Notes: generated by a model from the letters alone, not told the origin. A DNA stretch of 64,000 nt from Candidatus Bathyarchaeota archaeon (GCA_963697165.1 CAVOMX010000025.1:96001-160000), one strand, 5' to 3'; positions 42,117 to 52,545 are shown, counted from the stretch's first letter. Translations and numbers: made by a program.

Positions 42117-42775
42117 ATTCCATCGCGAAAACCGTCCAAAACCTCATCGATGATGACCTCTCCCTACAGGATGCCCTGCAAAGAGACTACGGAAACTACA
42201 GCGCAATAGCCAGAATGCTCCTGCCCAAAATCAAAGAATCAGTAAACAGCGAAGTTAACCTCGAAAGCGTAATAACCTCGGTTAAACGCGCCAAAACAAA
42301 CTACACAATCCTGCAAGGAAAAATAACACGAGTCGTCGCTGGAAGCGACTTAAACATCAGAACAGACATGGCAAAAGTTTCTGTCGAAAAAACAAAAGAG
42401 AACCTGGAGAAGATAAGAAAAACGTTAGCAACGTTCTCGGGTGACTTTCTTCAAGTCATAGAAGGAAACACTGTCGTCACACTAATCTCTGATTTAAATT
42501 CTTTCAACAAAATCAGCTCCATCTTCACCAAAAAGGATGTGATAGACCAGAAACAGAACCTGTCAACAGTCATCATCCGAAGCCCAGACGAGATAACATC
42601 CACGCCCGGATGTGTACAAGCATTCTACAACGCAGTCTCACGACGTCACATCAACATAGAGGAGACAATGAGCTGCTACACAGAAACAATAATCGTGCTA
42701 GCCATGGAAGACGTAAGCAAAGCCTTCGCGGCACTCACAGACATCATAACAGAAGCGAGAAGAAAAACAGCCTAA
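42110..42775 (+). CDS. ACT-domain protein with N-terminal helical/HTH region (putative amino-acid-responsive regulator)
   Basis: NYSAIAR N-terminal motif and C-terminal ACT (TPG...INIEETMSCYTE); divergent from argG. Confidence 0.8.
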   Translation: MVNSIAKTVQNLIDDDLSLQDALQRDYGNYSAIARMLLPKIKESVNSEVNLESVITSVKRAKTNYTILQGKITRVVAGSDLNIRTDMAKVSVEKTKENLEKIRKTLATFSGDFLQVIEGNTVVTLISDLNSFNKISSIFTKKDVIDQKQNLSTVIIRSPDEITSTPGCVQAFYNAVSRRHINIEETMSCYTETIIVLAMEDVSKAFAALTDIITEARRKTA

Positions 42776-42790
42776 ACAAAACAGGCAATA

Positions 42791-42836
42791 ATATTAGTAG
42801 ACTAATAACAGATTATTGTTGAAAACAGCCTTTTTC
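42791..42836 (+). repeat. 46-bp dispersed intergenic repeat, copy 2
   Basis: ATATTAGTAGACTAATAACAGATTATTGTTGAAAACAGCCTTTTTC. Confidence 0.8.
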
Positions 42837-42938
42837 TGGAAAAACTAAGCAACAAAAATAATGGGTTATCACTAGGCAACTTGTACATTTAAATCAAAAT
42901 GGCGTGCTTCAAAAAAGCGCGCACAAACTTGGCGCAGT

Positions 42939-43127
42939 TTATTCTTCTTTTGGCTGGAGTGCAACATTGAAGGCAACTGTTTTGCCACCATGCTTCCGCT
43001 CACATTTCACGGTTACAGTTTCCCCATCGTCGCTTATATAGACAACTTTGCCAAAATGGCCCGCTTCCTGATGGAAAACACTGTGTACCGGAATCTCCAT
43101 CCTATCGCCAATCTTAAGTTCTGCCAT
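42939..43127 (-). CDS. Small SH3-like beta-barrel hypothetical protein
   Basis: LKIGDR...GKVVYIS.DG..VTVKC pattern. Confidence 0.6.
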   Translation of the reverse strand: MAELKIGDRMEIPVHSVFHQEAGHFGKVVYISDDGETVTVKCERKHGGKTVAFNVALQPKEE

Positions 43128-43445
43128 TAACAGTTCTTCCCTAAACATCTACGCGGCTCCAAAACAGCAACCACGTTTACCTCAGACACGTAACTTCTTC
43201 TCGATAAGCTGAGCGCAACTATTAAACATTACCTGAACACACACCCAAACACCGAAACAGAGGTTTTCCCCCAAAAAACAACAGTAAAGAAGACAAAAAC
43301 TAAAGTGATTACAAAATTTATGAAAGCAACATTGTTTCGGGGAAGTGAACAAAAAAGCGCCACAAAAAATGTTACACATTCAACAAGCAATGTGCAAAGA
43401 GCTTATCTACGGGTGTTAACTATTTGGTGAGTGAAGGAAAAACTG

Positions 43446-43592
43446 ATGCCAAGAGACCCAGTATGCGGCGTGATTCTGACCGAAAAGACAGCCAAATATA
43501 AAATAACACACGATGGAGAAACATACTTCTTCTGCAGCGTAAAATGCAAAAAGAAATTCAAAAGAAACAGAAGCAAATTCGCCGACAAATAA
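43446..43592 (+). CDS. YHS/TRASH domain metal-binding protein (48 aa, below the ORF-track cutoff)
   Basis: Translated by hand: MPRDPVCGVILTEKTAKYKITHDGETYFFCSVKCKKKF..., with DPVCG and YFFCSxxC. Confidence 0.9.
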   Translation: MPRDPVCGVILTEKTAKYKITHDGETYFFCSVKCKKKFKRNRSKFADK

Positions 43593-43604
43593 AAAATCGG
43601 CTTT

Positions 43605-43850
43605 TTAAAGTGCATAATCACGAATTTTAATTATGTGTTCTTCTATAAACCGCAACAATTGATAACCAAACAGTATAGCGGCAACATACGGAGCCCACAA
43701 AATCACTGGCCAATTTCCAGGAATGTAATGCCACAAATCAGACTGGGTTGCAAACACTTCCATAAGAACCAGTGAAAAAAGCCCAGCAATAGCCAAGTAA
43801 AATTGTTCTTTAACATTATTTGTTTTGCCATTGCGTTTTCTGTTAAGCAT
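43605..43850 (-). CDS. Small membrane protein, start uncertain
   Basis: Two hydrophobic segments; the frame stays open and hydrophobic upstream to about 43940. Confidence 0.4.
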   Translation of the reverse strand: MLNRKRNGKTNNVKEQFYLAIAGLFSLVLMEVFATQSDLWHYIPGNWPVILWAPYVAAILFGYQLLRFIEEHIIKIRDYAL

Positions 43851-44093
43851 TAGAACCGCCCATGCACCTATGAATGCAAAGAAGAGAATGAACCAATTTT
43901 GGTTAAAGTCAAATAGTGAGTTGCATACCCCAAAAACAAGGTTACTCTATAAAAACCTTATTTATTTTCCCCAAAAAACTCGAATCAACAAAAAAACAAA
44001 CCCAAATACAATCAACAGGGCACACCGCCAAAAGAACCAAACCATGAGAATCCTTATGTAAAACCTGACGCATCAAAGAATTCGTGAAAAAAA

Positions 44094-44171
44094 GGGGCCG
44101 TCGGCTAGCATGGTCTAGGCTCTGAGCCTCGGACGTTCGGGACCCCGGTTCAAATCCGGGCGGCCCCACCA
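44094..44171 (+). tRNA. tRNA-Pro(CGG), CCA encoded
   Basis: Acceptor GGGGCCG/CGGCCCC-A-CCA, anticodon loop CT-CGG-AC and T arm CCCGG-TTCAAAT-CCGGG. Confidence 0.9.
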
Positions 44172-44224
44172 AAAGCTACGCTAAAAGGGATAAACAAAAA
44201 AATGTACCTAAAAACTAGGCTAAT

Positions 44225-45602
44225 TTATTTCTTTTCTCGCTTAGCAATCTCTTTGGCAACTATAACTCCAGAAGCAGACGCTTGAATGAGTCCTCGGCTT
44301 ACTCCAGCTCCGTCACCGATAGTAAACATGTTCTCGATTCTTTGTTTCCAGTTGATCAGTCAACTCGAGCCTTGAGGAATAGAACTTAACTTCTATTCCA
44401 TAAAGCAACGTGTCGTTCGAGTTTACTCCTGGAGCCACCTTATCCAACGCCTCAAGCATCTCTTTGATGTCAGACAAATAGCGGTAGGGCAAAACGAAGC
44501 TGAGGTCTCCTGGCGTGGCATTCTTGAGGGTTGGAACACACAGGCTCCGTTTTATCCGCTCCTCTGTTGAGCGGCGTCCAGCCTTTAGGTCGCCTAGCCT
44601 CTGAATGATTACGCCTCCGCTGAGCAGGTTTGAGAGTCGTGCAATATATTTTCCGTAGGCTATGGGTTCTCTGAATGGTTCTGTGAAAGCTGTGCTGACC
44701 AAGATTGCAAAGTTGGTGTTTTTTGTTTTCCGTTCAGCATAGCTCTGTCCGTTCACTGTTAAGATGCCATCATAGGATTCGGTGATAACTTCTCCGAGAG
44801 GCGAAACACAGAAGGTCCGCACCTGATCATCAAACGATTTAGAGTGATAAATCAGCTTGGGCTCATACAAGGTCTTAGTTAGTTCCTCCATGACAGCAGC
44901 TTGAAGCTCCACCCTGACGCCGATGTCCACAGGATTGTTCAAAGTTTTCAGACCAAGAACCTCTGCCTCAGTTTTCAACCACTCGGCGCCGATTCTTCCA
45001 GGCGCCACAATCACATATTTTCCATAGAACTTTTCGCCCTTTGTTGTCTCAACACCTTCAACCTTGCCGTCTTTAACCAAAAGGCTCTTAACGTCTGTTC
45101 GGGTCCGAATGTCAACCCTACCTTCAAGATGACTACGCATCTTACGAAGAGTCTCAGCACATTTTTCAGTGCCCATATGCCGAACTTTCTGGGAAACAAG
45201 CTTCAACCCAGCAAGAGAAGCTTTTCGTTCGAGTTCATCAAACTTTTCTGGACCCACACCATAAAGATGCTTAGTAGCCCCAAACTTCAGATAAACGTCA
45301 TCAACATAATGGAGCAACTCCCAAAGTTGCTCTTCGGTGCAGTATTCGTTAAGCCATCCACCAACTTCTGTTGACAAAGTAAGCTTTCCATCACTAAAAG
45401 CGCCAGCGCCGCCCCAACCAGCCAACAGGGAGCACGGGTCACAGTTCACGCAGCCCAAGCCTCTACTGGCAGGACATTTGCGCCGATCAATAGCTGAACC
45501 TTTATCCAAAAGCAAAATACTGAGGTTTGTTTTGTCAGCTAACTCAAGAGCAGAAAATATTCCAGCCGGACCAGCGCCCACAATTATGACGTCGAAATTC
45601 AT
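44225..45602 (-). CDS. FAD-dependent oxidoreductase (COG2509-like), frameshift near 44340
   Basis: GAGPAG, CP..C..C.PC, GGAGAFSDGKL and EVKFYS; C-terminal GDGAGVSRGLIQASASG in a shifted frame. Confidence 0.88.
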
Positions 45603-45770
45603 CAAGGGTTCCTCCGGAATTCCAAAACTACATAGAATAGGTGCAATATATGTGTTGGCTGGAAAGCAACAAACTAAACAATAAGCCAATGTTAGAAGCA
45701 GAAGATAAACGGTTCAGTTTAGCTATTTTGGCTTTAGCAAATTTTTGCAGATACAAAAAACTGTGGATAC

Positions 45771-46130
45771 TCATTTTGTTTCTTCCTCTTTTTTAAGAGT
45801 CTTATCCATCAGTTTCCGAAGAATAGGAACAGCTTCCTGTTCGGTAACGGATTTTGTGAAAACTGAAACTAAACTGATCTTGTTCGTTTTTTGGGCAAGA
45901 AGTTCAGCTAATAGGCGGGCAATTGTCATATTTCTGTCTCCAAGCAACACTGAGGAGAGAGGTGAACCAACCAAGTTCTTTGGTTGCGGCATAGCCACAG
46001 CCAATGTGCCCAGCTTGTCTTCGCCTTCACTCAAAAACAGTTGGTTCGCATTTTTTGTTTCTATGTAAACGGCAAAAAATGACGTGCCCTGTTCATTATG
46101 CTCTTCTTTGATGATTTTTGCTCGTGACAA
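45771..46130 (-). CDS. Proteasome assembly chaperone 4 (PAC4/PSMG4)-like protein
   Basis: LGTLAVAM, SSVLLGD and LAELLAQKTNKISLVS parallel the recalled eukaryotic PAC4 motifs LxNLAVAM, STSLLGD and LAQRLARKTNKQVFVS. Confidence 0.7.
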   Translation of the reverse strand: MSRAKIIKEEHNEQGTSFFAVYIETKNANQLFLSEGEDKLGTLAVAMPQPKNLVGSPLSSVLLGDRNMTIARLLAELLAQKTNKISLVSVFTKSVTEQEAVPILRKLMDKTLKKEEETK

Positions 46131-46206
46131 CCCCGATTCTCCATGCCATTAATAGCAGGGTCAAGCGTCTATTTAGTATTTTCAAACAAATAGGCAACTA
46201 AAAGGT

Positions 46207-47496
46207 TTACAGAGTTGTGGAGTACACTGTGCTTAAGCTGGTCTCCCTGAAGTTTTTGTTCAGTTTTATCTGCCCGAAACACAGCGTAGACACTTTCTTG
46301 CTCACAGGAGTGTAGACTTTCAGAACTTTTCGTTTGTAATCAACTTCATGCAGGATACCAATTCCCAAAAAATGGTCTTCCTCATCTTTTAGCCCCACAA
46401 GCAAGCCCTGCTCGTCTCCTTTACGTATCACTTTAACCCGTTTTCCGAAGTGCTCCTCAACAGATTTAATGTTGCGTCTCATTAACTGTTTTCACTCTCC
46501 TTTAACACAACAAGGAGAACAGTAATATGTTTCTTCAGCGTAAACTGGTCTTGTTCCCAACAGATTACACAAGGTTTCCAAACGGTTACGAGTCAATGGA
46601 ACGCCAGACCCCAAAAGAGAATCTTCAACTTTAATCCAACTAATAGAAAAAGATTGAATCTTTGCTCCTTTCATGTACTTCTTGTAACTAAGCTCCCGCA
46701 AAAGCTTCCTTTTTTCTCTACTTCTTGGCTGAATCAGACTGTGGAGAATCAATAACAAGAACCTTGACGCCATGCAATGCGTCTAAAATGGGTGTTTAAC
46801 TCGTTTTCCTGTTGCATTCCCACGACAACGCTGGGAGCAACCTTTTCTGCTAATCGAACTTTGTATGCGACTGCCTCTTCGCCTTCGATCCAGCCGTCAG
46901 TGTTTATGACAAGAAAATCCACTGCCCGCCTCCATCACTCTAGCCTCCAGAGAAGTCAAGCCCTCAACGACCTTACTTATTGCTCCGCTTGGACTCGTCG
47001 ACCCCACAAAAACCGCGTCCTGAGCATCAATCTCGAAGAGGTCCTTCACAGGCTCAGCTACGAAATTGAATCCCACAGTTGAGGGCGGACCCACATCAGA
47101 CTGACCCAAATCAGCGTCGATAACGCTTGTCCTCAGCTTCTCTTTCACAGCCGCATTCACAAGAAAAGTGCAGAAGCTTGTCTTGCCTGAGTCTACGCCG
47201 CCTACAACCATGACAGTCACAGGTTTATCTAGGGACAAAAGCTCCTTCGCAGCTTCATCCCACGAAGAAGGAACGGTTCCATCTTCAACTTCGTTTATGG
47301 AAGCCCCTTGCCCAAGCATAACTTCAAGAGTAGCCGTTTTTTTGATCCACAGGGGCAACCGTTTTCCTTGCCTGACCACAAGATTCTCTTCGATTTGAAG
47401 AGGTGCACCCAGAACGTTTACATTTCCGGAGAGAAGGCTCACGGAAGCGGGTCCGTCAACAAGTAAAGTCTTTCCTTCATCGATAACATGCTTCAT
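46207..47496 (-). CDS. Clp1/Grc3-family polynucleotide 5'-OH kinase, split by several frameshifts
   Basis: GGVDSGKTS, DADLGQSDVGPP and FVGSTSP; downstream fragments RSREKRKLLRE and GLLVGL...FLGIG. Confidence 0.85.
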
Positions 47497-48125
47497 GGAA
47501 GATTCCTTCTCGAAAATACTCGACCTTTTCTTCCCGCAATTTTTATGGCAGAAATAGCGTCCCTTAACACTCTGCGGTTCACAGACTTGTTCGCGAGCTG
47601 ACTTGTACCAGCCTCACGGACCACCTCAACCAAAACATCTTCTGGCAGACCAGCTTCCAATAAATCGAGTAATGTTGTGGTGTATTCGGGAGTTCCATCT
47701 CCCACCCTCACCACGCTAACCTCGGCTGGAAACCGTTTCAGGCTGTCTACAATGAGGTGAGCCGCATCTTCTATGTTTGACGCTGTCAGGGTTTCTAGGA
47801 CCTTGTTGTCGCCTAGAATGGCTATGCCGCAGGTTTTGCCGGGGTCTACTCCGACAACAATTCTTTCGTAGCCCTGTTTTCCCTGAATAATCAAAACTGC
47901 CTCATCTACTACAGATTCAGGGTTTGATTCCTGCTCAAAAAGTAGAATGTTTGGGTGTGAAATCTGGCTGCTCTCCGCTTCTGTGGTTAGGACAACTTTG
48001 ATATTAACTGGAACAGGATCCCATGGTTTCAGGCTCAAGAAGGGCAACCTCTTTCTCTGCAGTTCGTTCACAAGTTCGTAATAGGCTCTTCCATTAACGG
48101 TTGCAACAGCTATTCTCGTTTTCAT
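47493..48125 (-). CDS. Hypothetical protein with C-terminal RNase H-like (YqgF/RuvC-like) fold
   Basis: VVGVDPGKTCGIA, VRVGDG, VREAGTS and RDAISA; stop overlaps the Clp1 start. Confidence 0.7.
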   Translation of the reverse strand: MKTRIAVATVNGRAYYELVNELQRKRLPFLSLKPWDPVPVNIKVVLTTEAESSQISHPNILLFEQESNPESVVDEAVLIIQGKQGYERIVVGVDPGKTCGIAILGDNKVLETLTASNIEDAAHLIVDSLKRFPAEVSVVRVGDGTPEYTTTLLDLLEAGLPEDVLVEVVREAGTSQLANKSVNRRVLRDAISAIKIAGRKGRVFSRRNLP

Positions 48126-48326
48126 TTGATTACACGTTCCATGTTCCACACAAGAAACAACTGATTAGAAAATGGAGAGATGTCTTCATGCATAACTTTG
48201 AACCCTGCGTGACTCTTCCTGTCTTTTTTCCGCTTAAATATCTTACGAATAATTATTCAATAAAAACAGACAGCAGAGAGAAGGCTTATAATTCCTGAGG
48301 ATTACTTCGATTCTTGTGTTAGCGAA

Positions 48327-49019
48327 TTGCATAAGCTCATTCCAACGGGTTGTATCTCGCTTGACAAATTGTTAGGAGGAGGATTCCCTGCCGAAAGCGT
48401 CTCCCTCATCTATGGAGAAGCGGAAACAGGCAAAACTTCTCTTGCTGTTCAATGCGCAGTTAATTGCGCACGCAGAGGCATCAAGTCACTCTTCATAGAC
48501 ACTGATGGAACTTTCTCCTATGAACGACTGTCACAGATAGCAGAGTACGATTACCAAAAAATTTCACCACTCATGATCATAATGAGACCAACAACATTTC
48601 AAGACCAATCCAAATCAATAGATCACCTTGAAAAGGTTATAAACAAAAAATTTGGGTTAATCATCGTCGACACAGTCACATCACTATATCGAGTAGAACT
48701 TGACGGCACAAAAGAAACATACGCCGCGAACCGCGAGTTGAACAGACAGTTGGCGGTTTTGATGCAGATAGCCAAAACATGTGGAGTAGCAGTTCTCATT
48801 GTCAGTCAGGTGAGAAGTGTTCCTCTTGGAGAAACGGTTGAAATGAAACCTGTGGCAACGCGTGTTCTGAACTACTGGTCAGACATCATACTCGACATGA
48901 GGCAGACAAGTCAAACGCGGGTCATAAAGGTCCTGCGCGAGAAGCATCCGAAAATCAAGGGAAAAGGAGCCATTTACGTTAAGATAGAGAGAACAGGAAT
49001 AAGCGATTACATGCACTAG
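48327..49019 (+). CDS. RadB-like RecA-family ATPase
   Basis: IPTG..LDKLLGGG, GEAETGKT, LIIVD and C-terminal EKHP; lacks the RadA N-terminal HhH domain. Confidence 0.85.
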   Translation: MHKLIPTGCISLDKLLGGGFPAESVSLIYGEAETGKTSLAVQCAVNCARRGIKSLFIDTDGTFSYERLSQIAEYDYQKISPLMIIMRPTTFQDQSKSIDHLEKVINKKFGLIIVDTVTSLYRVELDGTKETYAANRELNRQLAVLMQIAKTCGVAVLIVSQVRSVPLGETVEMKPVATRVLNYWSDIILDMRQTSQTRVIKVLREKHPKIKGKGAIYVKIERTGISDYMH

Positions 49020-49047
49020 AGTTATTTTCTTCACTAATGAATAAGGA

Positions 49048-49593
49048 TTGAAAAACATGACAATAACAGTAATCGACGTCGCCGCAGCCATGTGGTTTAT
49101 TTTCCCAGCGTACTGTGCCAACGCAGCCCCTGTCATCTTCGGCGGAGGCAAATCCATGGATTTCGGCAAAAAATTTGTGGACGGCAAACCATTCCTTGGA
49201 TCCCACAAAACATTCAGAGGATTCTTGGCGGGCATTATCGTGGGAACGTTAGTTGGAGCAGCGCAAACAGTCATCTTTGAACAGTTTCTATTTCAATACA
49301 GCCCCCAGTTTGAATACAGCATACTGCTTGGATTTGTGCTGTCTCTAGGAGCTTTAACAGGCGACTTGATAGAATCATTCATTAAAAGGCGGCTAAACCG
49401 TTCTCCCGGAAGCTCGCTTCCAGTAGCGGATCAGATAGACTTCATACTGGGAGCATTCCTCTTTTCCATCCCAGTTTCGTCCCCCTCTTTGGTTTCGGCT
49501 CTGATAATTCTCTTGATAACAATCCCGATACACCTGTTAACAAACCTAGGCGCTGCTCTTTTGAACATGAAAAACAAAGGAAAAAGCAGGTGA
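49048..49593 (+). CDS. carS: CDP-archaeol synthase
   Basis: PAYCANAAP, D.GK...DG, KT.RG, GDLIESFIKRR and DQIDF. Confidence 0.93.
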   Translation: MKNMTITVIDVAAAMWFIFPAYCANAAPVIFGGGKSMDFGKKFVDGKPFLGSHKTFRGFLAGIIVGTLVGAAQTVIFEQFLFQYSPQFEYSILLGFVLSLGALTGDLIESFIKRRLNRSPGSSLPVADQIDFILGAFLFSIPVSSPSLVSALIILLITIPIHLLTNLGAALLNMKNKGKSR

Positions 49594-49628
49594 ACCTGCG
49601 CCGCTTTGGCTTGTAGCCCATCTGGAGT

Positions 49629-50051
49629 CTAGCCTAAGCTGGCTAACAGATTTTGTTCAAGTAAAAGATAGGCTAACAGAAGTAGAGCACAGCCAACCAG
49701 AAGGAACCTGTATGCTTGGCGGGGGTTATACGCGTACTTTGTGCTTCTATATGCCACAAGAAAGCCCACGACTCCCATAGCATAGAAAATCATGATGATT
49801 ATGCTCTCCAAGAGCAACTGCTCAGAAATCCCATAAGGATAGAAACTGATTATTCTTCCAGTAGAACCGACGATTGCTACGATGGGCTGGATCAGCAGGT
49901 CGTAGACTCCGCCTGCAAACAGGAATAGTGAAGCAGCAACAACCGCGGTGGCAACAACAAATAAGGAAGGTTTAGCAGTTAGTATTCTCTCGTAAGTTTT
50001 CTGCAACGAAAAGGCAAGAGATGAAAGTTGTTTACTAAAACTTTTAGCCAT
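49629..50051 (-). CDS. OST3/OST6/OSTC(DC2)-like oligosaccharyltransferase accessory membrane subunit
   Basis: Three TM helices; FLFAGGVYDLLIQP...EQLLLES..G..GF parallels recalled OSTC FLITGGIIYDVIVEP...QYIMEG..GG.GF. Confidence 0.7.
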   Translation of the reverse strand: MAKSFSKQLSSLAFSLQKTYERILTAKPSLFVVATAVVAASLFLFAGGVYDLLIQPIVAIVGSTGRIISFYPYGISEQLLLESIIIMIFYAMGVVGFLVAYRSTKYAYNPRQAYRFLLVGCALLLLAYLLLEQNLLASLG

Positions 50052-50054
50052 AGT

Positions 50055-50267
50055 TTATCCATCCTTGTTCATCAATAGATGCTCTGCAAGTTCTTTTGCC
50101 CAAGCGCCTGTGTATGAATTCTCCACAACAGCTTTTAAATATTCCTTCCAAGAGACGCCCGCAGTCCTTTGCCAAGTTTCAAATTTCTGAACAACAGCAC
50201 CGTAAGCTCTTTCGTGGAACTCGCAATATTTCTCTACAGCGTCTCTGCCACAAACAATGCACTTCAC
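50055..50267 (-). CDS. Small Zn-binding hypothetical protein coupled to topA
   Basis: CIVC...CEFH; start overlaps the topA stop. Confidence 0.75.
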   Translation of the reverse strand: MKCIVCGRDAVEKYCEFHERAYGAVVQKFETWQRTAGVSWKEYLKAVVENSYTGAWAKELAEHLLMNKDG

Positions 50268-52403
50268 GGTTTTTTCCTCCGCTTATCCTTAAGAGAGCAA
50301 TCGAGATTGAAGCACATGTTCCAGGGGTTCTTGCCTCTGAGCCACACCAGAACAGTTGGCCAGCCACACGCTTTACAGTTGCTTTTGGCGGGTTTAATGG
50401 TTCCACGTTGAGGAAGAGGAAAAGACGTTTTACATATACCTTTGAAGTAGTTGGTGCAGCCAATGAAGCGCTTTCTAGTCGTCCGCGAATAGATAATCAT
50501 AAGTTCGCCTGTGCCACAATTTGGGCATCTTCCCACAGTTCGTTCCTGTATTTCCGCTCTCGTAGTGGCTTTACTCAAGGCTTCGCCGATACTTTCTTCG
50601 TTTTCTTTGAATTGTTCCAGCTGGGACTTCAGCTGCTCAACAACTTCTGCGATAACAGTTTCCCGCCTCATTTTACCGTTTTGGATTTGTTCCATTTTAC
50701 CCTCAAGGTCTTGAGTGAGCATCGCCGAGACTAGAACCGAAGCGTACCTGCCGAGAACATCGATGATATCGAAGCCCAGCTCAGTCACCACAATTCTCTC
50801 ATCCATGATGTATTCGCGGTTGTAAAGAGTCTGAATGATATCTGCTCGGGTTGCCTTAGTTCCGATTCCAAGCTCTTCCATCTTATTAAGGAGACTACTT
50901 GGATTGTAACGAGGCGGGGGGCAGGTGAATTTGTCTTCCCGTATGACCCGCCGCAGTCGAACAGTAGCCCCTTCTTTGAGTGGAGGCAAAAGCACCTCCT
51001 CGGCACGAACGTAGGGCTTGTAGTATTCCATCCACCCTTCCTTCACAAGCCGTCTTCCCCTCAAAAAGAAGTTGTGATTGTTTACTTCTAGGCGCGCCTT
51101 TATACTCTCTTTGAGTGCATCCTCCCCGAAAACAGCCATGAACCGTCGGACAATAAGGTCCCAAATCCTCTTCTCTGGCGCGCCCAAGGGCTTTTCTGGT
51201 AGGTTTCCTGTTGGATAAACCGCAGGATGGGCGGAGTCGTCTTTGGCGCCCTCTCGTGGCTTGAGTTCTTCGTTTTCTAGAAGTTTTGAGGCTAACTTTT
51301 TGTAACCAAATTGTCTTTTGAGGGAGCTGAGAATCTTTCTGTAGTCTATTATGAGAGGCAGTTTCTGGCTGCTTGTCCTTGGATATGAGATTAAGGCGTC
51401 AAGATATAGGCGCTGAGCGATTACTAAGGTGCGTCGTGGAGTGTAACCGAAGAGGCTGTAGGCTTCCCGCTGTAGTGTGCCCACATCGAAGGGCACAGGA
51501 GGTTTCTGGTGAACCGTTCTTACGTTAATCTTGGCGACTTCTCCAGTTTTGTCTGCACAGGCTCGCAGAACAGCATCAGCTTCCGCGCTTGTTTCAATTC
51601 GTTTTCTTTCATATTCTGCCTCAACGACAGAGTTTAGGATTTCAGCCTCAGCAATTATTTCCCAGTATGGGGTGGGCACAAAGCTGCGGATTGCCTTCTC
51701 TCTTGAAGCCAGAAACTGGAGGGTGGGTCCCTGCACTCTTCCCGTGCTTAAGGTTGAGTATCTGCCGCTCCAGCGGCGCGCAGCTAAAGTTAAAGCCCGT
51801 GAAAGGTTTATGCCGTATAGCCAATCCACTTCATGTCTGGTTCTTCCAGCTTCTATGAGCTTAAAATCTAGGTGACGGAAGAGGCTCTTCGTATGCTTTT
51901 TCTAACTCGCTCTTCATGAGAGTAGAAAATCGCATCCTTTTTGCTGAAGCGTCCTTGTTGCCGCAGGCATACTTCAGTATGCAGTATCCGATGAGGCTGC
52001 CTTCAATGTCGTAGTCGCAAGCTGACATAAACTCGTCAGCATCATGGGACAGCTCCGAAAAGGTTTCAACCCAATTACTTATCGTCTTTGATCCTCGCTC
52101 TGCTAGGTGCCGCGGTGTCCACCTGAAATTGAAGACAGGATAATAGTTTCGTTTTCCTCTTTCTTGGACGATAGTGTAGAGATGTCCGATGGCGGGAATA
52201 ACAACAAGCTGTCTGTCTCTTTGGGCAACGAAGTAGGTTACACCATTTTTTTTAAGATGCTTTGGCTTGCCTTGCCGGTCAAGGGCATATGCGATTCTTT
52301 TTGCTGCATCCGGTTTTTCGGTGACTATCAGGGTATATTTTTCACATTTTTGTGTAACTATCGAGTCTGTACCAGAATTATCCTTTGCTGATTCTGGCGA
52401 CAT
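50264..52403 (-). CDS. topA: Type IA DNA topoisomerase with C-terminal Zn ribbons, frameshift near 51880
   Basis: TOPRIM (EKP, GHL, DYDIEG), GRVQGPTL, catalytic ISYPRT, GIGTKATR and CPNC/CKAC. Confidence 0.95.
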
Positions 52404-52545
52404 TGTACCTAATCAGTGGTTGAAATTAGAGATACTATATTAAAACTTTCTAGTTGGTAATTGGTCAGTATTGTAGTACCCTAGAGAATTTACTCTAGTA
52501 ATATCATTCTTCTGCTTTCAACATAATATGACTGCTAAAACCGTA

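Noticed and set aside
43942..44172. 76-aa minus-strand ORF MVGPPGFEPGS...
   Set aside because: Antisense translation of the tRNA gene.
45657..45700. Similarity to the reverse complement of 4641-4680 as an extension of the 46-bp repeat
   Set aside because: Needs several gaps and lies in A-rich low-complexity sequence.
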